Of a DNA stretch of 64,000 nt, positions 52,442-62,481 are shown piece after piece. The translations under genes and the position numbers were made by a program. This DNA is from Patescibacteria group bacterium (GTDB lineage Bacteria > Patescibacteriota > Minisyncoccia > UBA6257 > HR35). The DNA lies in contig JAUQQM010000001.1 of NCBI GenBank assembly GCA_030549895.1, forward strand, positions 117,624 through 181,623. The letters run 5' to 3'. The notes beneath the pieces were generated by a model. That model searched no databases, was not told the DNA's origin, and saw only the letters and a list, made by a program, of their open reading frames with translations. Each line of letters opens with the position of its first letter. The stretch's first letter is position 1.

Positions 52442-54163
52442 ATGGAATCTTCTAATGAGAAAGTTATAAAAATTTTAAAAGAACTTTCAATTTTTTATCA
52501 AATAGAAAATATAGAATTTAAGTCAAGAGCAATTGAAAAAGCAGTCCATAGTCTAGAAGCCCTTGATAAAAATCTTGAAGATATATATAGACAAGAAGGA
52601 GAAGATGGTCTTAAAAATATCCCTGGAATTGGAGAGGGAATAGCCAGAAGAATTAAAGAAATAATTGAGACAGGAACTTTAAAAGAATATGAAAATTATA
52701 AAAAAAAGATTCCAATAGACGTAGAAAATCTTACAAAACTAGAAGGTGTTGGGCCTAAAACAATAGCTCTGGTATGGAAAAAACTAAAAGTAAAAAATAT
52801 TCAAGACCTAGAAGAGGCAGCTAAAAATCATAAACTTTGTGTTTTAGAGGGCTTTGGGGAGAAAAAAGAACAAAAAATTTTAAAAAGCATAGAGTTTTAT
52901 AAATTAAGTGGTCAAAGATTTCTTTTAGGTTTTATTGAGCCAATAGTTCTTGAAATAAAAGATTATCTTGCCTCCTTAAAAGAAGTAAAAAAAATAGAAG
53001 TTGCTGGGTCTTTTAGAAGAAGAAAAGAAACAATTGGTGATGTTGATATTTTAGTTGTCTCAAAAAATCCTGAAAAAGTGATGGATTGGTTTGTAAAGAT
53101 GAAAAATGTCGAATACATTTATGCTAAAGGTCCAACAAAATCAGCAGTTAAACTTAAAAATGGACTTGATGTTGACTTAAGAGTAGTTGATGAGAAATCT
53201 TTTGGAGCAGCTTTAATGTACTTTACTGGTTCTAAGGAACATAACATTGAGTTAAGACAACTTGCTTTGAAAAAAGGCTATAAACTTAACGAATATGGCC
53301 TTTTTAAAGGGGAGAAATTCATTTGTGGGAAGACTGAGGAAGAAGTTTATGAGAAATTAGATTTAGAATGGATTCCACCAGAATTAAGAGAAGCTAGAGG
53401 TGAAATAGAGGCTGCGCAAAAAGGTAAGCTTCCTAAACTTGTTGATTATGATGATCTTAAAGGAGATCTTCAAGTCCAGACAAATTGGACTGATGGAACT
53501 AACTCAATTGAAGAGATGGTAAAAGCAGCCATTGATTGTGGACTTAAATACATAGCCATTACTGATCATACTAAAACTTTAGCCATGGCTGGAGGACTGG
53601 ATGAGAAAGAAATTAAGGAACAAATTAAAGAGATAGAAAAATTAAATAAAAAATATGAGGGTAAAATAAAAATTTTAACTGGAGCTGAAGTTAATATTCT
53701 TCCTGACGGTAGTCTTGATATTTCTGATGAAGTTTTAAAAATTCTTGATTTTGTTGGTGCTTCAGTTCATTCTCATTTTAATCTTGATCGCTATAGTCAG
53801 ACAAAGAGAATTATAAAAGCTATGCAAAATCCTAATGTCGATTGCATTTTTCATCTTACCACCAGAATAATTAACCGTAGAAAAGAAATTGATGTTGATT
53901 TAGATGAAATTTTTAAAGTTGCAAGTAAAACAAATACTCTTTTGGAAATTAATGCTTATCCTGATAGACTTGATCTTAAAGATACTTATATTTTAGAAGC
54001 TAAAAAATACGGTATAAAATTTGTAATAGATTCTGATGCTCACTCAACGCTTCATTTTAAATTTTTGAAATATGGTCTTGCTCAAGCAAGGAGAGGGTGG
54101 TGCCAGAAAAGCGATATTTTAAATACTTTAGATTTGAAAGATTTTATGAAGAGGAAAAAATAA
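52442..54163 (+). CDS. polX: DNA polymerase X family protein with a C-terminal PHP phosphoesterase domain
   Basis: It shows HhH motifs (GIGEGIARRI, GVGPKT), the pol-beta nucleotidyltransferase motif GSFRRRKETIGDVDILV, and a PHP domain (ITDHT...DSDAH). Confidence 0.85.
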   Translation: MESSNEKVIKILKELSIFYQIENIEFKSRAIEKAVHSLEALDKNLEDIYRQEGEDGLKNIPGIGEGIARRIKEIIETGTLKEYENYKKKIPIDVENLTKLEGVGPKTIALVWKKLKVKNIQDLEEAAKNHKLCVLEGFGEKKEQKILKSIEFYKLSGQRFLLGFIEPIVLEIKDYLASLKEVKKIEVAGSFRRRKETIGDVDILVVSKNPEKVMDWFVKMKNVEYIYAKGPTKSAVKLKNGLDVDLRVVDEKSFGAALMYFTGSKEHNIELRQLALKKGYKLNEYGLFKGEKFICGKTEEEVYEKLDLEWIPPELREARGEIEAAQKGKLPKLVDYDDLKGDLQVQTNWTDGTNSIEEMVKAAIDCGLKYIAITDHTKTLAMAGGLDEKEIKEQIKEIEKLNKKYEGKIKILTGAEVNILPDGSLDISDEVLKILDFVGASVHSHFNLDRYSQTKRIIKAMQNPNVDCIFHLTTRIINRRKEIDVDLDEIFKVASKTNTLLEINAYPDRLDLKDTYILEAKKYGIKFVIDSDAHSTLHFKFLKYGLAQARRGWCQKSDILNTLDLKDFMKRKK

Positions 54164-54178
54164 ATTATAATTTAAACG

Positions 54179-55198
54179 ATGGAGGTAAGAAATATTGAAG
54201 TTAGTTTTAAGTTTTTTTTGAAAATTTTTTTGTTTTTAGTTTTTCTTGTCTTTTTATGGGAGATAAGAGAGGTAATTTTAATTTTTCTTACTTCAGTTAT
54301 TTTTGCGGCTGGTATTGAAGTATGGGCAAGATATTTAGCTTCTAAAATTAAAATTTCCTATTTTTTAGCGGTTATTTCCATATTTATTTTTCTTTTTTTT
54401 GTAGTGAGTCTTGTATTTTATCTTTTAATTCCTATAGCTCTTAATGAATTGAAATCAGCTATTCCAACAATTGTTAATCTTAAAAATAGTAATTTAATAA
54501 ACTATCCTTTTGTAAGAGAATTTATTGAAAATTTTCAGGAGCAAGTTAGTTTTTATCTTGCTAATATTTCAAAAGTAACTTTAAAACTTCTTGGTGGTCT
54601 TGCTAATTTGATTTTAATAATAGCTATTGCTTTTTATCTTGCTCTTCAGGGTAAGAATTTTTTCCAAAATATTCTAAGTATATTTCTGACTCCTTATTGG
54701 GTAAGAAGATTTATGGTAGTTTGGGAGATATCTCAATTAAAATTCGCTCAGTGGCTTTCAGGTGAGTTAATTCTTATGCTTATTGTAGGGATTTTAACTT
54801 TTATTGGTCTTTCTATAATTGGTGTTCCTTATGCTGCTTTGCTAGGAATTTTAGGTGGTCTTTTAGAAATTGTCCCTTTTATAGGGCCTGTTATGACTGC
54901 TATTATTGCTGGAATTATTTCTCTTTCTAAAAATCTTTCTACTGCAGTTTTGGCTATTGTTGTCATTGGCGTTATTCAACAACTAGAAAATCATGTTATT
55001 GTTCCAAATGTGATGAAATCAAAAGTTCAACTTAATCCTGTGCTTGTGATTTTAAGTCTTATTATTGGCGGAAAAATTGCTGGACTTATTGGTATTTTAA
55101 TTTCAGTTCCATTTATGAGTGCTGTCATAGAGGTTATAAAGTTTTTGAAAGAACAGAATTTTTCTTTGAAAGATATTTTAAAAGAGGAGAGGGAATAA
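54179..55198 (+). CDS. AI-2E family transporter (PerM/UPF0118)
   Basis: It has 8 TM-like helices, and the C-terminal core LLEIVPFIGPV....QQLENHVI.P is typical of the family. Confidence 0.7.
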   Translation: MEVRNIEVSFKFFLKIFLFLVFLVFLWEIREVILIFLTSVIFAAGIEVWARYLASKIKISYFLAVISIFIFLFFVVSLVFYLLIPIALNELKSAIPTIVNLKNSNLINYPFVREFIENFQEQVSFYLANISKVTLKLLGGLANLILIIAIAFYLALQGKNFFQNILSIFLTPYWVRRFMVVWEISQLKFAQWLSGELILMLIVGILTFIGLSIIGVPYAALLGILGGLLEIVPFIGPVMTAIIAGIISLSKNLSTAVLAIVVIGVIQQLENHVIVPNVMKSKVQLNPVLVILSLIIGGKIAGLIGILISVPFMSAVIEVIKFLKEQNFSLKDILKEERE

Positions 55199-55775
55199 AA
55201 GTAACTCTATGGATTTTACAAAGACCAGACTTTTTTATTTTCTTAAGATGTTCTTTTGTGCCATAACCTTTGTTTTTTTCTAAGCTCCAATAAGGATATT
55301 CCTTAGAAATTTTTTGCATGAAAAGATCTCTTTTAAATTTACATATTACTGAAGCCGAGGCAAGAGAAAAGATTTTTCTATCACCTTTTACAATAAAGAT
55401 AAATTTTCTTTTATTTTTAAAAGAGCCAAATGCTTTACCATCTATAAGAACATAATTTGGCTTAAAAAAATTTACTAATTTTTTAATAGCTAATTCTTCT
55501 GACTTTACAATACCAATTTTATCTATTTTTTGAGGGCTTATTTTTTCAACTCTGTATTTAAATATTTTCCTTAATTTTTTAAAAATTTTTTCTCTTTGAA
55601 TTTGACTTAGAAGTTTTGAATCTTTTACCCAAAAATCAATTTTAGGTATTTTTTTAAGAAAAATTCCACAAACAAAAAGTGGTCCAGCTAAAGCACCTCT
55701 TCCAGTTTCATCTATTGCCAAAATTGGTCCTTTTTTGATTAATTTTTTTTCAAATTCAAAATCATAAATTTTCAT
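55134..55775 (-). CDS. rnhB: Ribonuclease HII
   Basis: It has the ILAIDETGRGALAGPL active-site motif and a downstream DSK. Its 3' end overlaps the convergent gene by 65 nt. Confidence 0.85.
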   Translation of the reverse strand: MKIYDFEFEKKLIKKGPILAIDETGRGALAGPLFVCGIFLKKIPKIDFWVKDSKLLSQIQREKIFKKLRKIFKYRVEKISPQKIDKIGIVKSEELAIKKLVNFFKPNYVLIDGKAFGSFKNKRKFIFIVKGDRKIFSLASASVICKFKRDLFMQKISKEYPYWSLEKNKGYGTKEHLKKIKKSGLCKIHRVTFIPSPLLKYLSKKNSVLSKTL

Positions 55776-55788
55776 TGTTATAATTATA
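55776..55788. promoter_or_regulatory. Bidirectional promoter core: overlapping -10 boxes around the palindrome TATAATTATA
   Basis: The plus strand has TGTTATAAT (55776-55784) 8 nt before the ATG at 55793. The minus strand has TATAAT (55788-55783) 7 nt before the ATG at 55775. The two start codons are 17 bp apart. Confidence 0.6.
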
Positions 55789-55792
55789 ATTT

Positions 55793-58132
55793 ATGGATCA
55801 AAGTTTGAGTAAAATTTCCTTAGAAGAAGTTAAGAAAAATTTAAATGCAGATGAAAAAGGTTTAACTAGCCAAGAAGCCCAAGAAAGATTAGAGAAATTT
55901 GGCCAAAATAGAATTTTTCAACCACCAAAATTTAATTGGTTTAAATTTTTTCTTGATGAATTAAGAAATCCATTTATAATTCTTTTAAGTATTTCATTTT
56001 TAATTTCTCTCTATTTTAAATATTTTAAGGAAGCTTATCTTATACTTTTTGTTATTCTTTTTCAGCTTATTTTAGTTTATTTTCATAAGATTTTCTCCTA
56101 TAAGTCTCTGAAAAGTCTTTATAATTTTTTGAAAAATACTGCAGTTGTCAAAAGAGATGGAAAATGGACTGTAATTGATTCAAATTTTATTGTTCCTGGA
56201 GATGTCTTGAGACTTTCTTCTGGTGATCAAGTACCAGCAGACTCAAGAATCTTAAAGTCTTATGATTTAAGCGTAAACGAGGCTTTTTTGACAGGCGAAA
56301 GTTTACCAGTAGAGAAAAAAAATAGTGATACTCTTTGGGCAGGAAGTTTTGTTGTTTCTGGCGAGGGAGAGGCTATTGTTTTTAGTACTGGCAAAAATAC
56401 TTATTTTGGGAAAATTACTTCAACAATAGGAGAAATTAAAGAGGAGACTTGGGAAGAAATATGGAAAATTGGTAAAAAAATTCTTTATTTTGTTTTAATT
56501 TTATCTTTTGCAATTTTTATTCTTGCTTTATTTGAAAAAATAGACCTTAAAGAGACTTTTATTTATATTATTTCTATAATAGTTAGCGCTGTACCAGAAG
56601 GTTTGCCTTTTGCTATTTCAGTGTTAATTTTCTTTCAAGTAATAAAACTTTACAAAAGAAGTGTTCTTACTAGAAATATAAATGCAATTGAAAATTTAGG
56701 TAAAATTGAAGTTATTTTAACTGATAAAACTGGGACAATTACTGAAGGGGATTTTAAGTATGTTGGTTTTTATAGTTCAAAAAAAGTCAGTAAAGATGAG
56801 GAAAATAAAATACTTGCCTTTATTTTATCAAATCTTCATCCTAAAAGTTTGTTTTACAATTCATTAAAAGAGCACGTTCAAGAGGTTGAGATAACAGTTA
56901 AAAAAAAGAAACCTTTTGATAGCAAACATAAATATTCTGTAAATACTTTTGAGTTTAATAATGAAAAATACATTTTAGTTGTTGGCGCTCCAGAATATAT
57001 CATCAAAAATTTTAATGTTAAAACTTCAAAAAAAATTTTTGATGAAATTTTGTCTTTAACTGTTCAAGGAAATAGACTTCTTGGTTGGGCAATAAAAAAG
57101 ATAAATAAAAATTCAAAAAAGAAATTTTTTGATAATTTTGGTTTTTTAATTTTTTCTGACAAGATAAGAGAAAGTGCAAAGGAGACAATTTCTAAACTTA
57201 AAGATTTAAATGTAGATATATTTTTAGTCACGGGTGATTTTCCAGAAACAGCTAGAAACGTTGCTCAAAAAATAAATCTTTCTGATAAAGTTAAAGATTC
57301 TTTTGATTTAGATTTTGATTGTAAAGTCTGGGCAAGAATGAAACCGGAAGAAAAGTTTATGATGGTAAAAGAACTCAAGAGGCAGTCAAAAAAGGTTCTA
57401 ATGATTGGCGATGGAATAAATGATGCTCCAGCAATAAAAGAAGCCGATGTTGGTTTTTCTTTGAATTCTGGAACAGATGTTGCTAAAGATGTTTCTGATT
57501 TTATTCTTATGGATGGCAATTTAGATAATGTAGCTTTTTCCTTAAAAGAAGGAAGAAAATTTATAATGGCAATAAAAAAATTATTCCTTGTCATTTTTAC
57601 TCTTTCCTCAGACATAAGCATTTTATTTTTCTTTTCCTATCTTTTAAACTTACCAAAACCGCTTTATCCAAATCAAGTTTTATTTATAAATATCGTCCAA
57701 GATACTCTTTTAGCTTTGTTTTTAATTTTTAATGAAGATTTTTCAAAATTTCCTTCAAAGAAAATTTTTGATAAAAATTTAACAAAATCATTTATTTTTT
57801 CGCTTACAGTTTTTCTTTTAATAAGCTTTTTTGTTTACTTTTTTTCTCTTTCAAAACCTAATTTAAAGACAATTTATTTTGTCTATAGTTTATTTGCTCC
57901 ACTTGTTTTATTTTTGAATATATTTAGGTTTGAAGGGAAAGATAAAAAAACTTTTATTTTCGCTATTTTATGGTTTTTGTTATTCCTTTTAATTTTTAAG
58001 ATAAGATTTATCTCTGAAGTTCTTTATTTAGATAATTTAGGTTTAAATGATTTAATTTTTGTTCTTCTTGTAAGTTTAATTTTAGGGATAGCTTTCAAAA
58101 TAGGGTATAATTTAAAAATCCTCGAGTTATAA
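55793..58132 (+). CDS. P-type ATPase, P2 (Ca2+/cation-transporting) type
   Basis: It has the N-terminal cation-ATPase domain (GLTSQEAQERLEKFGQN), a TGES-like TGESLP, PEGLP in TM4, DKTGTIT and GDGINDAPA. Confidence 0.85.
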   Translation: MDQSLSKISLEEVKKNLNADEKGLTSQEAQERLEKFGQNRIFQPPKFNWFKFFLDELRNPFIILLSISFLISLYFKYFKEAYLILFVILFQLILVYFHKIFSYKSLKSLYNFLKNTAVVKRDGKWTVIDSNFIVPGDVLRLSSGDQVPADSRILKSYDLSVNEAFLTGESLPVEKKNSDTLWAGSFVVSGEGEAIVFSTGKNTYFGKITSTIGEIKEETWEEIWKIGKKILYFVLILSFAIFILALFEKIDLKETFIYIISIIVSAVPEGLPFAISVLIFFQVIKLYKRSVLTRNINAIENLGKIEVILTDKTGTITEGDFKYVGFYSSKKVSKDEENKILAFILSNLHPKSLFYNSLKEHVQEVEITVKKKKPFDSKHKYSVNTFEFNNEKYILVVGAPEYIIKNFNVKTSKKIFDEILSLTVQGNRLLGWAIKKINKNSKKKFFDNFGFLIFSDKIRESAKETISKLKDLNVDIFLVTGDFPETARNVAQKINLSDKVKDSFDLDFDCKVWARMKPEEKFMMVKELKRQSKKVLMIGDGINDAPAIKEADVGFSLNSGTDVAKDVSDFILMDGNLDNVAFSLKEGRKFIMAIKKLFLVIFTLSSDISILFFFSYLLNLPKPLYPNQVLFINIVQDTLLALFLIFNEDFSKFPSKKIFDKNLTKSFIFSLTVFLLISFFVYFFSLSKPNLKTIYFVYSLFAPLVLFLNIFRFEGKDKKTFIFAILWFLLFLLIFKIRFISEVLYLDNLGLNDLIFVLLVSLILGIAFKIGYNLKILEL

Positions 58133-58133
58133 A

Positions 58134-59087
58134 ATGGGTATTTTGGAAAATATCTTAATTATCATATTTTTAGTTTTAGTTCTTATATTTTTTACACGAG
58201 TTTTTATAAAAAGTCTTTTGAATATTTCTTTTTATTTTAATTTTTCCGATTTTATAATTTCTTTTATTTTCGGTGGTATAGCTACCTCTTTACCAGAATT
58301 TTTATTCGGCTTTCAAAGTTCTTTAAAAAAAGTTAGTAATCTTTCTCTTGGAAATATTATTGGAGCAAACTTTAATGATGTAACTCTTGTTATTGCTTTG
58401 AGCTTGATTTTTAATCTTTTACAAGGAAGAAATTCTTATCAAGAGCTTAAGATTTCAACTAAAGAGTTTTTAGCAACATTTTTAGTAATAATTACTCCTT
58501 TTATAGTTGCTTTAAAAGGTAAATTTGGAATTTTTGAGTCAATAGTCTGTTTAATTCTTTTTTCTCTTTATCTTTACTATATCTTTAAAGAAAATAAATT
58601 TGAAAAACTAACTAAAAAAGAAATTAAATTTAAAGAATTTTTTCAAAGTATAATTTATCTTTTAATTTCTTTAATAATTCTTATAATTTCGAGTTATCTT
58701 ATTGTCTCAAGAGTAAAGTTTTTAGTTGAGATTTTTGGAATTTCAAGTTTTGCCTTTGGAGCGCTTCTTCTTTCTTTCGGAACTACTTTACCCGAACTTG
58801 TTTTTTCTTATCAGACATTAAAAGAGAATTTAGTTTCTTTTGCTTTTGGAAATATTTTTGGTAGTTTAGTTTTTAATAGCAATTTTATTTTAGCTTTTAA
58901 CGGGATCATAAACGAATTTTATATTGAAAGCTCAGTAAAGCTTTTGATAAATATTCTCCTTTTGAGTGTAGCTATTATTTTCAATTTTTACTTTTTAAAA
59001 TACAAACGAGAGCCTCTTTCAAGTGCTTTATTTTTAATTTCTCTTTGGCTTTTATTTGCAGTTTTAAATTTTATATTTTTGTTTTAA
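58134..59087 (+). CDS. Ca2+/cation antiporter (CaCA, YrbG-like Na+/Ca2+ exchanger family)
   Basis: It has two alpha-repeat motifs, GNIIGANFNDVTLVIAL and GNIFGSLVFNSNFILAF, and about 10 TM helices. Confidence 0.75.
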   Translation: MGILENILIIIFLVLVLIFFTRVFIKSLLNISFYFNFSDFIISFIFGGIATSLPEFLFGFQSSLKKVSNLSLGNIIGANFNDVTLVIALSLIFNLLQGRNSYQELKISTKEFLATFLVIITPFIVALKGKFGIFESIVCLILFSLYLYYIFKENKFEKLTKKEIKFKEFFQSIIYLLISLIILIISSYLIVSRVKFLVEIFGISSFAFGALLLSFGTTLPELVFSYQTLKENLVSFAFGNIFGSLVFNSNFILAFNGIINEFYIESSVKLLINILLLSVAIIFNFYFLKYKREPLSSALFLISLWLLFAVLNFIFLF

Positions 59088-59096
59088 AATTATTAA

Positions 59097-60191
59097 ATGA
59101 AAAAGATAATTCCAATTTTGGTTTTTCTTGTAATTTGCCAACAGGCTCTAGCAGTTTCTAAAATTTTACCTAATAATCCATTTTATTTTTTTAAAAAAAT
59201 CTATTTTAGTTTAAAAGAAAACTTTACCAAAGATGTAGACAAAAAATTCGATTTTTATTTTGAAAACCTAAAAAACTCATACCAAGATTTTTATTTTTTA
59301 CTTTCTAAAGCACCGCAGGACTCAAGCAAAGCTTTAAAAGAGTTAAATGAAAGCCTTTTAAAAATTAAAAATTTTGTCTATTTTAACCAGATAGAAAAAA
59401 ATAAGATAAGCAAACTTAAAGATTTTATTTTTGAGCAAGAAAAACAAAATATAAAAGCTAAGGGCTCGATTTCGGCTTTAGAAAGAGAACTTTTTATTTT
59501 TCTTGCTTCAAAGGATAGTTTTGAAAATAATTTTGAACTTTTAAAGAAAATTCTTAGTAATGGTCTTAATGAAGAAAATATTAATTTAGTTTTTCAACTT
59601 AAGGAGATATTAAAAAATCAAAGAAATATTAAAGAGTGGGAAGTTGAATATCTTAGTTTTCTAAAAGACGAAAATACAGATTTTTTATTTAATAATTTGA
59701 ATCATGTAAAAATTAGCTTTATTTTTGATTATTGGAAAAAATATTTTTTAGAAAAGAAGATAAATCTTACAAAGATACAAAAAGAATCTGAAGTTTTGCT
59801 TGCTAAAGAAGATCAAATAAATAGGGAACTTTTAGAAGAAACTCTTTATTGGTTTTATGATAAATTAAAAGATAATAAAAAACAGAAAGAAAATTTTAGA
59901 AAAAAGATTGAATCAAGATCAGAAGAAAATTTTGTTCCAGAAACTTTTGAGATAATAATTTCTCTTATTCAAGAGATAACCTCACCAAAATATAGTTGCG
60001 AGTTTATTTGGGAGCCAGTCTGTGGAGTTGATGGAAAAACTTATTCTAATTTTTGCTTTTTAAATCTTGCTAAAGTGAAGTTAGCTTATCTTGGTAGTTG
60101 CATAACTTTAAATGATCTTGAAAAAGAGATTAACTCAATAAAAGATCCAGAAGAATTTAAAGAAGATTTTCCTGAAATTGAAGAATTCTAA
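59097..60191 (+). CDS. Secreted protein with a C-terminal Kazal-type domain
   Basis: It has a signal peptide (MKKIIPILVFLVICQQALA) and a C-terminal CEFIWEPVCGVDGKTYSNFCFLNLAKVKLAYLGSC, which fits the Kazal pattern (PVCG.DG.TY.N.C). Confidence 0.65.
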   Translation: MKKIIPILVFLVICQQALAVSKILPNNPFYFFKKIYFSLKENFTKDVDKKFDFYFENLKNSYQDFYFLLSKAPQDSSKALKELNESLLKIKNFVYFNQIEKNKISKLKDFIFEQEKQNIKAKGSISALERELFIFLASKDSFENNFELLKKILSNGLNEENINLVFQLKEILKNQRNIKEWEVEYLSFLKDENTDFLFNNLNHVKISFIFDYWKKYFLEKKINLTKIQKESEVLLAKEDQINRELLEETLYWFYDKLKDNKKQKENFRKKIESRSEENFVPETFEIIISLIQEITSPKYSCEFIWEPVCGVDGKTYSNFCFLNLAKVKLAYLGSCITLNDLEKEINSIKDPEEFKEDFPEIEEF

Positions 60192-60194
60192 ATA

Positions 60195-60203
60195 TGTTAT
60201 AAT
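60195..60203 (+). promoter_or_regulatory. Extended -10 box TGTTATAAT, 6 nt upstream of the ATG at 60210
   Basis: This is an exact TGnTATAAT with no Shine-Dalgarno sequence. Confidence 0.55.
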
Positions 60204-60209
60204 AATTTA

Positions 60210-60566
60210 ATGAGAATGATTGACCTTATAATTTTAGCCTTATTTCTTTTGTCTTTTTCTATTTATATTACTTTTGCTTGGAGAGAGCCAGCTGGATCAC
60301 CACCAGGGGGAAGTGGTGTTTTACAAGGAACTGATAGTGGAGATTTAATAGTGACAGGCAACTTGAATGTAAATTTTTCTTCAAATATAACTGGAAACGA
60401 AATTATTGGAGGGAAACTTGAAGTTGGTGGACCGTTAAAAGTTGGTTCAGCTGCAAGTCCTAAGGGTATTACCCTTTATTCTATAGATACATTCAGTCCC
60501 TATTGCCTAAAAGTTAGTGCTTCTCCTACTCCAGCTATCCAGTTGGTATCAGGAGAATGCCAATAA
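60210..60566 (+). CDS. Small N-terminally anchored protein (118 aa) with an AWREPAGSPPGG segment
   Basis: An N-terminal TM helix is followed by a Pro/Gly segment and a Gly-rich beta-like region, ending in ...SGECQ. Confidence 0.5.
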   Translation: MRMIDLIILALFLLSFSIYITFAWREPAGSPPGGSGVLQGTDSGDLIVTGNLNVNFSSNITGNEIIGGKLEVGGPLKVGSAASPKGITLYSIDTFSPYCLKVSASPTPAIQLVSGECQ

Positions 60567-60567
60567 A

Positions 60568-61455
60568 ATGAATATTTACAAAAATATAAGAGAAAATATT
60601 TTTAAAACTTGGTTACTTATCTTTTTAATATTTGTCTTTATTGTTTTAGTTGGTTTTGTTCTTTCTTTTGTTTTTAACTCAAGGGCAATCTTGTATCTTG
60701 CTATAATTTTTGGTCTTCTTATGAATTTTATTTCTTATTTTTGGTCAGATAAATTAGTTATTGCTATGGTTGGAGCTCAAAAGATAGAAAAAAAAGATTT
60801 TCCCGAGCTTTGGAATATTGTTGAAAATCTATCTCTTACCGCAGGAATTCCAATGCCAAAAATTTATATCTGGAAAACAAATGCTTTAAATGCTTTTGCT
60901 ACAGGAAGAAATTATAAAAATTCAGCTATTGTAGTCACCTCAGCCATTTTAGATGTTTTAAACAAACAAGAACTCGAAGGAGTTATTGCTCATGAGATTT
61001 CTCATATCAAAAATAGAGATATTTTAGTAGGAACAGTTGCAGCTATTTTGGTTTCAATTATCTCTCTTATAGGAGATTTTACTTTAAGAAGTTTTTGGTT
61101 TTCTTCTGATAGAGACCGAAATATAAATCCAATTGTTTTTATTTTAGCTGTTATAGGTCTTATTCTTTCTCCAATATTTGCTCAATTGATTCAGTTAGCA
61201 ATTTCAAGGCAAAGAGAATTTTTAGCAGACTCTAGTGGTGTTCTTCTTACTCGATACCCCGAAGGTTTAGCTAATGCTCTTTTGAAAATATCTCAAAATC
61301 CAACAGTTTCTGCCCCTCAAAGCTTTTCTCATCTTTTTATAGCTAATCCTTTCAAAGCAGATCAAAGAACAAAAAAGACTCCCTGGTACATAAAAATTTG
61401 GCTTACTCATCCACCAATTGAAGAAAGAATTAAAAGAATCTTAGGTAGAGTTTAG
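60568..61455 (+). CDS. htpX: Zinc metalloprotease HtpX (M48 family)
   Basis: It has [10 protein letters not shown] (HExxH), four TM segments and a downstream EF.AD motif. I set the start at the ATG at 60568. Confidence 0.85.
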   Translation: MNIYKNIRENIFKTWLLIFLIFVFIVLVGFVLSFVFNSRAILYLAIIFGLLMNFISYFWSDKLVIAMVGAQKIEKKDFPELWNIVENLSLTAGIPMPKIYIWKTNALNAFATGRNYKNSAIVVTSAILDVLNKQELEGVIAHEISHIKNRDILVGTVAAILVSIISLIGDFTLRSFWFSSDRDRNINPIVFILAVIGLILSPIFAQLIQLAISRQREFLADSSGVLLTRYPEGLANALLKISQNPTVSAPQSFSHLFIANPFKADQRTKKTPWYIKIWLTHPPIEERIKRILGRV

Positions 61456-62477
61456 AACCAAGGTAGAAAAATTTCTAAATTTCCATCTAAGACTTCATCT
61501 AAATTTTTAGTTTCTTTTCCTGTTTTATGATCTTTTACTAATTTATATGGATGAAATATGTAAGATCTTGTCTGATGCCCCCAACTTGGCTCTAAATCTT
61601 TTTCTTTAAGTTCTTCTATTTTTTTAGCATTTTTTTCTTTCTGAAGAGCTAGAAGTTTTGATTTTAAAAACATTAGAGCTTTTTGTCTATTTTGGTGCTG
61701 AGATCTTTCTGACTGGCATAGAGCAGAAATTCCTAAAGGTTTGTAAATTACTCTTACAGCGGTTTCAACTTTATTTACATTTTGACCACCAGGGCCAGAA
61801 GCCCTAAAAAATTCAAACTCTAGATCATTTTCATTTAATTCAATTTCTTTTTCCTCAATAACTGGTATTACTTCAACAAGAGCAAAACTTGTATGTCTTA
61901 ATTTTTTAGCTGAAAAAGGAGAAATTCTAACTAATCTATGCACTCCAGCTTCATTTTTCAAAATACCATAAGGATAATCATTATTTACTTCAAAGGTTAT
62001 ATTTTTATAGCCTCCATAATCATTTGGATGTTCGTGGACAATTTTATATTTAAAATTATGTTTTTCAAAAAATCTTTCATACATTCTTTTTAATATCCCT
62101 ACCCAATCTTCAGCATCTTTACCCCCAACCCCACTTTGAATTGTTAGTAGCGCTGGATTTTTATCATACTCTCCACTAAAAATTAGCTCTTTTGTAAGTT
62201 TTCTTATTCTTTCTCTTAGTTTTTGAGGATCAAAATTTTCCCTTGTAATTTCATCTTCTATGTTTTTTATTTCTTCAAGAATATTTTTAGATTTTTGGTA
62301 TTTTTCTATTAATTTTATATTCTCTTCATTTTCCCAAAATGACGAGCTAGTCATTTGTTTTTGAATTTCTTCAACTTCTTTTGTTAATTTTTCAAAATTA
62401 GCAGCCTTTTTAAGACTGTTTAAATCAACTATTAAGTTTTCTCTTTCATTTTCTAATTCTTTTTTTGTTATTTCCAT
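61452..62477 (-). CDS. prfB: Peptide chain release factor 2 (contiguous ORF, no programmed frameshift)
   Basis: It has the SPF tripeptide (RISPFSA) and GGQ ([10 protein letters not shown]). I set the start at the ATG at 62477 (MEITKKELE); the track extension overlaps truB. Confidence 0.85.
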   Translation of the reverse strand: MEITKKELENERENLIVDLNSLKKAANFEKLTKEVEEIQKQMTSSSFWENEENIKLIEKYQKSKNILEEIKNIEDEITRENFDPQKLRERIRKLTKELIFSGEYDKNPALLTIQSGVGGKDAEDWVGILKRMYERFFEKHNFKYKIVHEHPNDYGGYKNITFEVNNDYPYGILKNEAGVHRLVRISPFSAKKLRHTSFALVEVIPVIEEKEIELNENDLEFEFFRASGPGGQNVNKVETAVRVIYKPLGISALCQSERSQHQNRQKALMFLKSKLLALQKEKNAKKIEELKEKDLEPSWGHQTRSYIFHPYKLVKDHKTGKETKNLDEVLDGNLEIFLPWF

Positions 62478-62481
62478 GATT

